Below are positions 62,901-64,000 of a DNA stretch of 64,000 nucleotides, piece after piece. The position numbers and the translations under genes are program-made. Under the pieces are notes generated by a model. That model saw only the letters and a program-made list of their open reading frames with translations. It made no database searches and had not been told where the DNA came from. How positions within the stretch are numbered: position 1 is the stretch's first letter; every line of letters starts with the position of its first letter. The DNA is from Botryllus schlosseri (taxonomy: Eukaryota): contig CM119377.1 of the NCBI GenBank assembly GCA_051294905.1, forward strand, positions 3,844,001 to 3,908,000, given 5' to 3'.

Positions 62901-63075
62901 AATCATTTACAGGTAGCAGTTACTTAGATGCACAGTCAGTTCGTTATGGCGTAGATTTGATTTGTGAAACATAATTTTAAGCGATTTTGTCAGTATGAGA
63001 GCTAAGAGATGGCTCAACGACTTATCTGCTTCATTACGAGATTCCAATCGATCTAGAAGACAACAGCAACAGCGA
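44962..63075 (+). CDS. INPP4: Inositol polyphosphate 4-phosphatase with N-terminal PH and C2 domains (5' part; continues past the window). Confident exons: 44962-45082, 46891-46955, 47591-47678, 48642-48793, 56061-56154, 56979-57163, 57908-57984, 59266-59365. Tentative exons: 52987-53064, 59961-60070, 62994-63075
   Basis: PH domain: MRFNSSEL...KEGVLSLKE...TERWCRLVDNLFFYYKTKDLKSEPHGVLVLEG...AWVEALENASY. C2 domain: LPILEISFSCSDL...HAFQTDLVRAATSLQFLKTLSFY...TQLQFHLCQYKEYRS-YVSIGAASCNVSDL...SKDREIGRI, collinear with the recalled INPP4A C2. GT-AG sites and phases are compatible. The CX5R catalytic motif is not in the window. Confidence 0.85.
45795..46605. mobile_element. 811-bp fold-back element with head-to-head telomere-like arrays
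   Basis: TIR GGGTCAAGTGTAGAATACGGCC / GGCCGTATTCTACACTTGACCC; perfect TSD CTTGTATC (45787-45794, 46606-46613); ~165-bp complex arms; TTAGGG variants at 45960-46200 followed by CCCTAA variants at 46203-46472. Confidence 0.93.
47875..48333. mobile_element. GACTC-rich MITE with CAGGGTTGTAA termini
   Basis: CAGGGTTGTAA...TTACAACCCTG; arrays of GACTCG/GACTTG; TSD not preserved. Confidence 0.8.
48451..48567. mobile_element. Inverted plus direct copies of the Penelope-like hammerhead repeat
   Basis: Direct copy ACCT-CTGACGA-GTGTCAGCC-GAAA-ACGT-TT-GGAT (48534-48567); inverted core at 48451-48472. Confidence 0.7.
50065..51356. mobile_element. Tc1/mariner-pogo-type non-autonomous element
   Basis: 24-bp TIR CCGTAAACCGGGGTAACTTTGGAC; TA on both flanks; internal repeats of GGGGTAACTTTGGAC. 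Confidence 0.9.
52081..52233. mobile_element. Short hAT MITE
   Basis: CAGTGGTTCTCA...TGAGAACCACTA; TSD ATATATAT/ATATGTAT. Confidence 0.8.
52370..52620. repeat. Low-complexity TGCAACTTTTT repeat
   Basis: Repeated tttgcaactttttt/ttttcgatttttc units. Confidence 0.7.
55271..55869. mobile_element. hAT MITE (TAGGGTTG termini)
   Basis: TAGGGTTGTTTAAAAAT...ATTTTTGAACAACCCTA; perfect TSD ACATACAG. The internal ccaaatt.ggctcaattccaacca motif is also seen near 47170 and 53535. Confidence 0.9.
56683..56894 (+). mobile_element. 3' part of the GACTC-rich MITE family
   Basis: Homologous to 44099-44370; ends in ACAACCCTG. Confidence 0.75.
58268..58420 (+). mobile_element. tRNA-derived SINE
   Basis: Pol III A box TAGCTTAATGG (58270) and B box GGGTTCAATTCCC (58313), followed by a non-tRNA body. 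A decayed relative flanks the telomeric element (45730-45794 and 46614 onward). Confidence 0.75.
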
Positions 63076-64000
63076 GTAAGTTGGTTTGTTATGCGACAAT
63101 GCAGAAATATTTTATGACTTTATGTTACATATGTGTATGTGTATAGTGTATGTTGACCACCTTAGCTCAATTCTTACACCTTTGGTCCCAGGTTTGATTC
63201 CCACTGGCTGCCCATCCAGAGAACTTGGGCCATTTTTCATGTAGGCCACAGTTCCATGGAGGATGTAGGCTATGTAATTTTCAGGAACGGTAAATTTAAT
63301 GATCTTTCGATGTATTTTGTAGCAACTTAATGGTTGATATCAAACATGACATCTAAACTGGTCAAATCTTTTCAAATTTCATGTTGCAAACATGTTATGT
63401 CTTATGGTACAGTTATTGTTTCTTGTCCATGAATCAATGCTGTAGGTCTTATTGAGACCAGATAAGACTGGGTTTCCTAACTCCCTGTCAACAGAGTAAT
63501 CTTCCATCTTAAAATCTCCTTTTGGATTTGTCAAAATATCTCCCTAGTCATGATCTATATAGATATGTGCTGAAAACATAGTGGAACCAAAGCATAAAGT
63601 ATGGGTTTGCAGGAGTGATGTGAGTGCACTGGGTTTGGAGGAGTGCAGAGAGTCTCTGTACTCTTACATTTTGAAATTTTACAATCAAAGTTATATTTGC
63701 GATATCAATGCTTTCTCAGAAATATAAAACCCACGTTTATTTTTCATCCCATAGTCCAACCAGTTCATAAATGGTTATAGCCTACTGATTTACGGGCCCG
63801 TGTTGAGTTCATACAAGTTGAAATCTAACAGGTCAATTACAGGTAAAGGAGATAGCAGATATGCACTTCTTTGATGATGAATTTACCCATCGATCTTGGA
63901 TCTAGAAAGGATAACATCATTATATCCGGTCAAATCCTACCGTGATTATATTATTATATCCTACTCTCTGTGACTACTGCACTAGGCACATGCATATGGT

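Overview
AT-rich, intron-containing animal genomic DNA, not prokaryotic. The compact genes, hAT-type MITE families and tRNA-derived SINEs suggest a tunicate-like marine invertebrate (inference). Six protein-coding loci are supported: (1) a minus-strand 11-beta-HSD1-like SDR with three clean exons and no detectable catalytic 3' half; (2) an intronless ~719-aa ORF with five Mind bomb REP/SH3-like repeats but no ZZ, ankyrin or RING domain; (3) a complete 8-exon cyclin A (399 aa); (4) an intronless, divergent AP-4 mu subunit; (5) an intronless COX6B; (6) the 5' part of a PH+C2 INPP4 gene that runs off the window. The first ~16 kb is mostly nested non-autonomous DNA transposons inserted into two inverted copies of a decayed ~1.7-kb sequence that looks coding-derived. 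The most unusual elements are a minimal type I hammerhead ribozyme motif in a small Penelope-like repeat family, an 811-bp fold-back element with an 8-bp TSD whose core is head-to-head TTAGGG/CCCTAA-variant arrays, and a 1.65-kb near-complete palindrome just downstream of the REP-only gene. All calls were made by eye. Family names come from recalled protein motifs, not from database searches.
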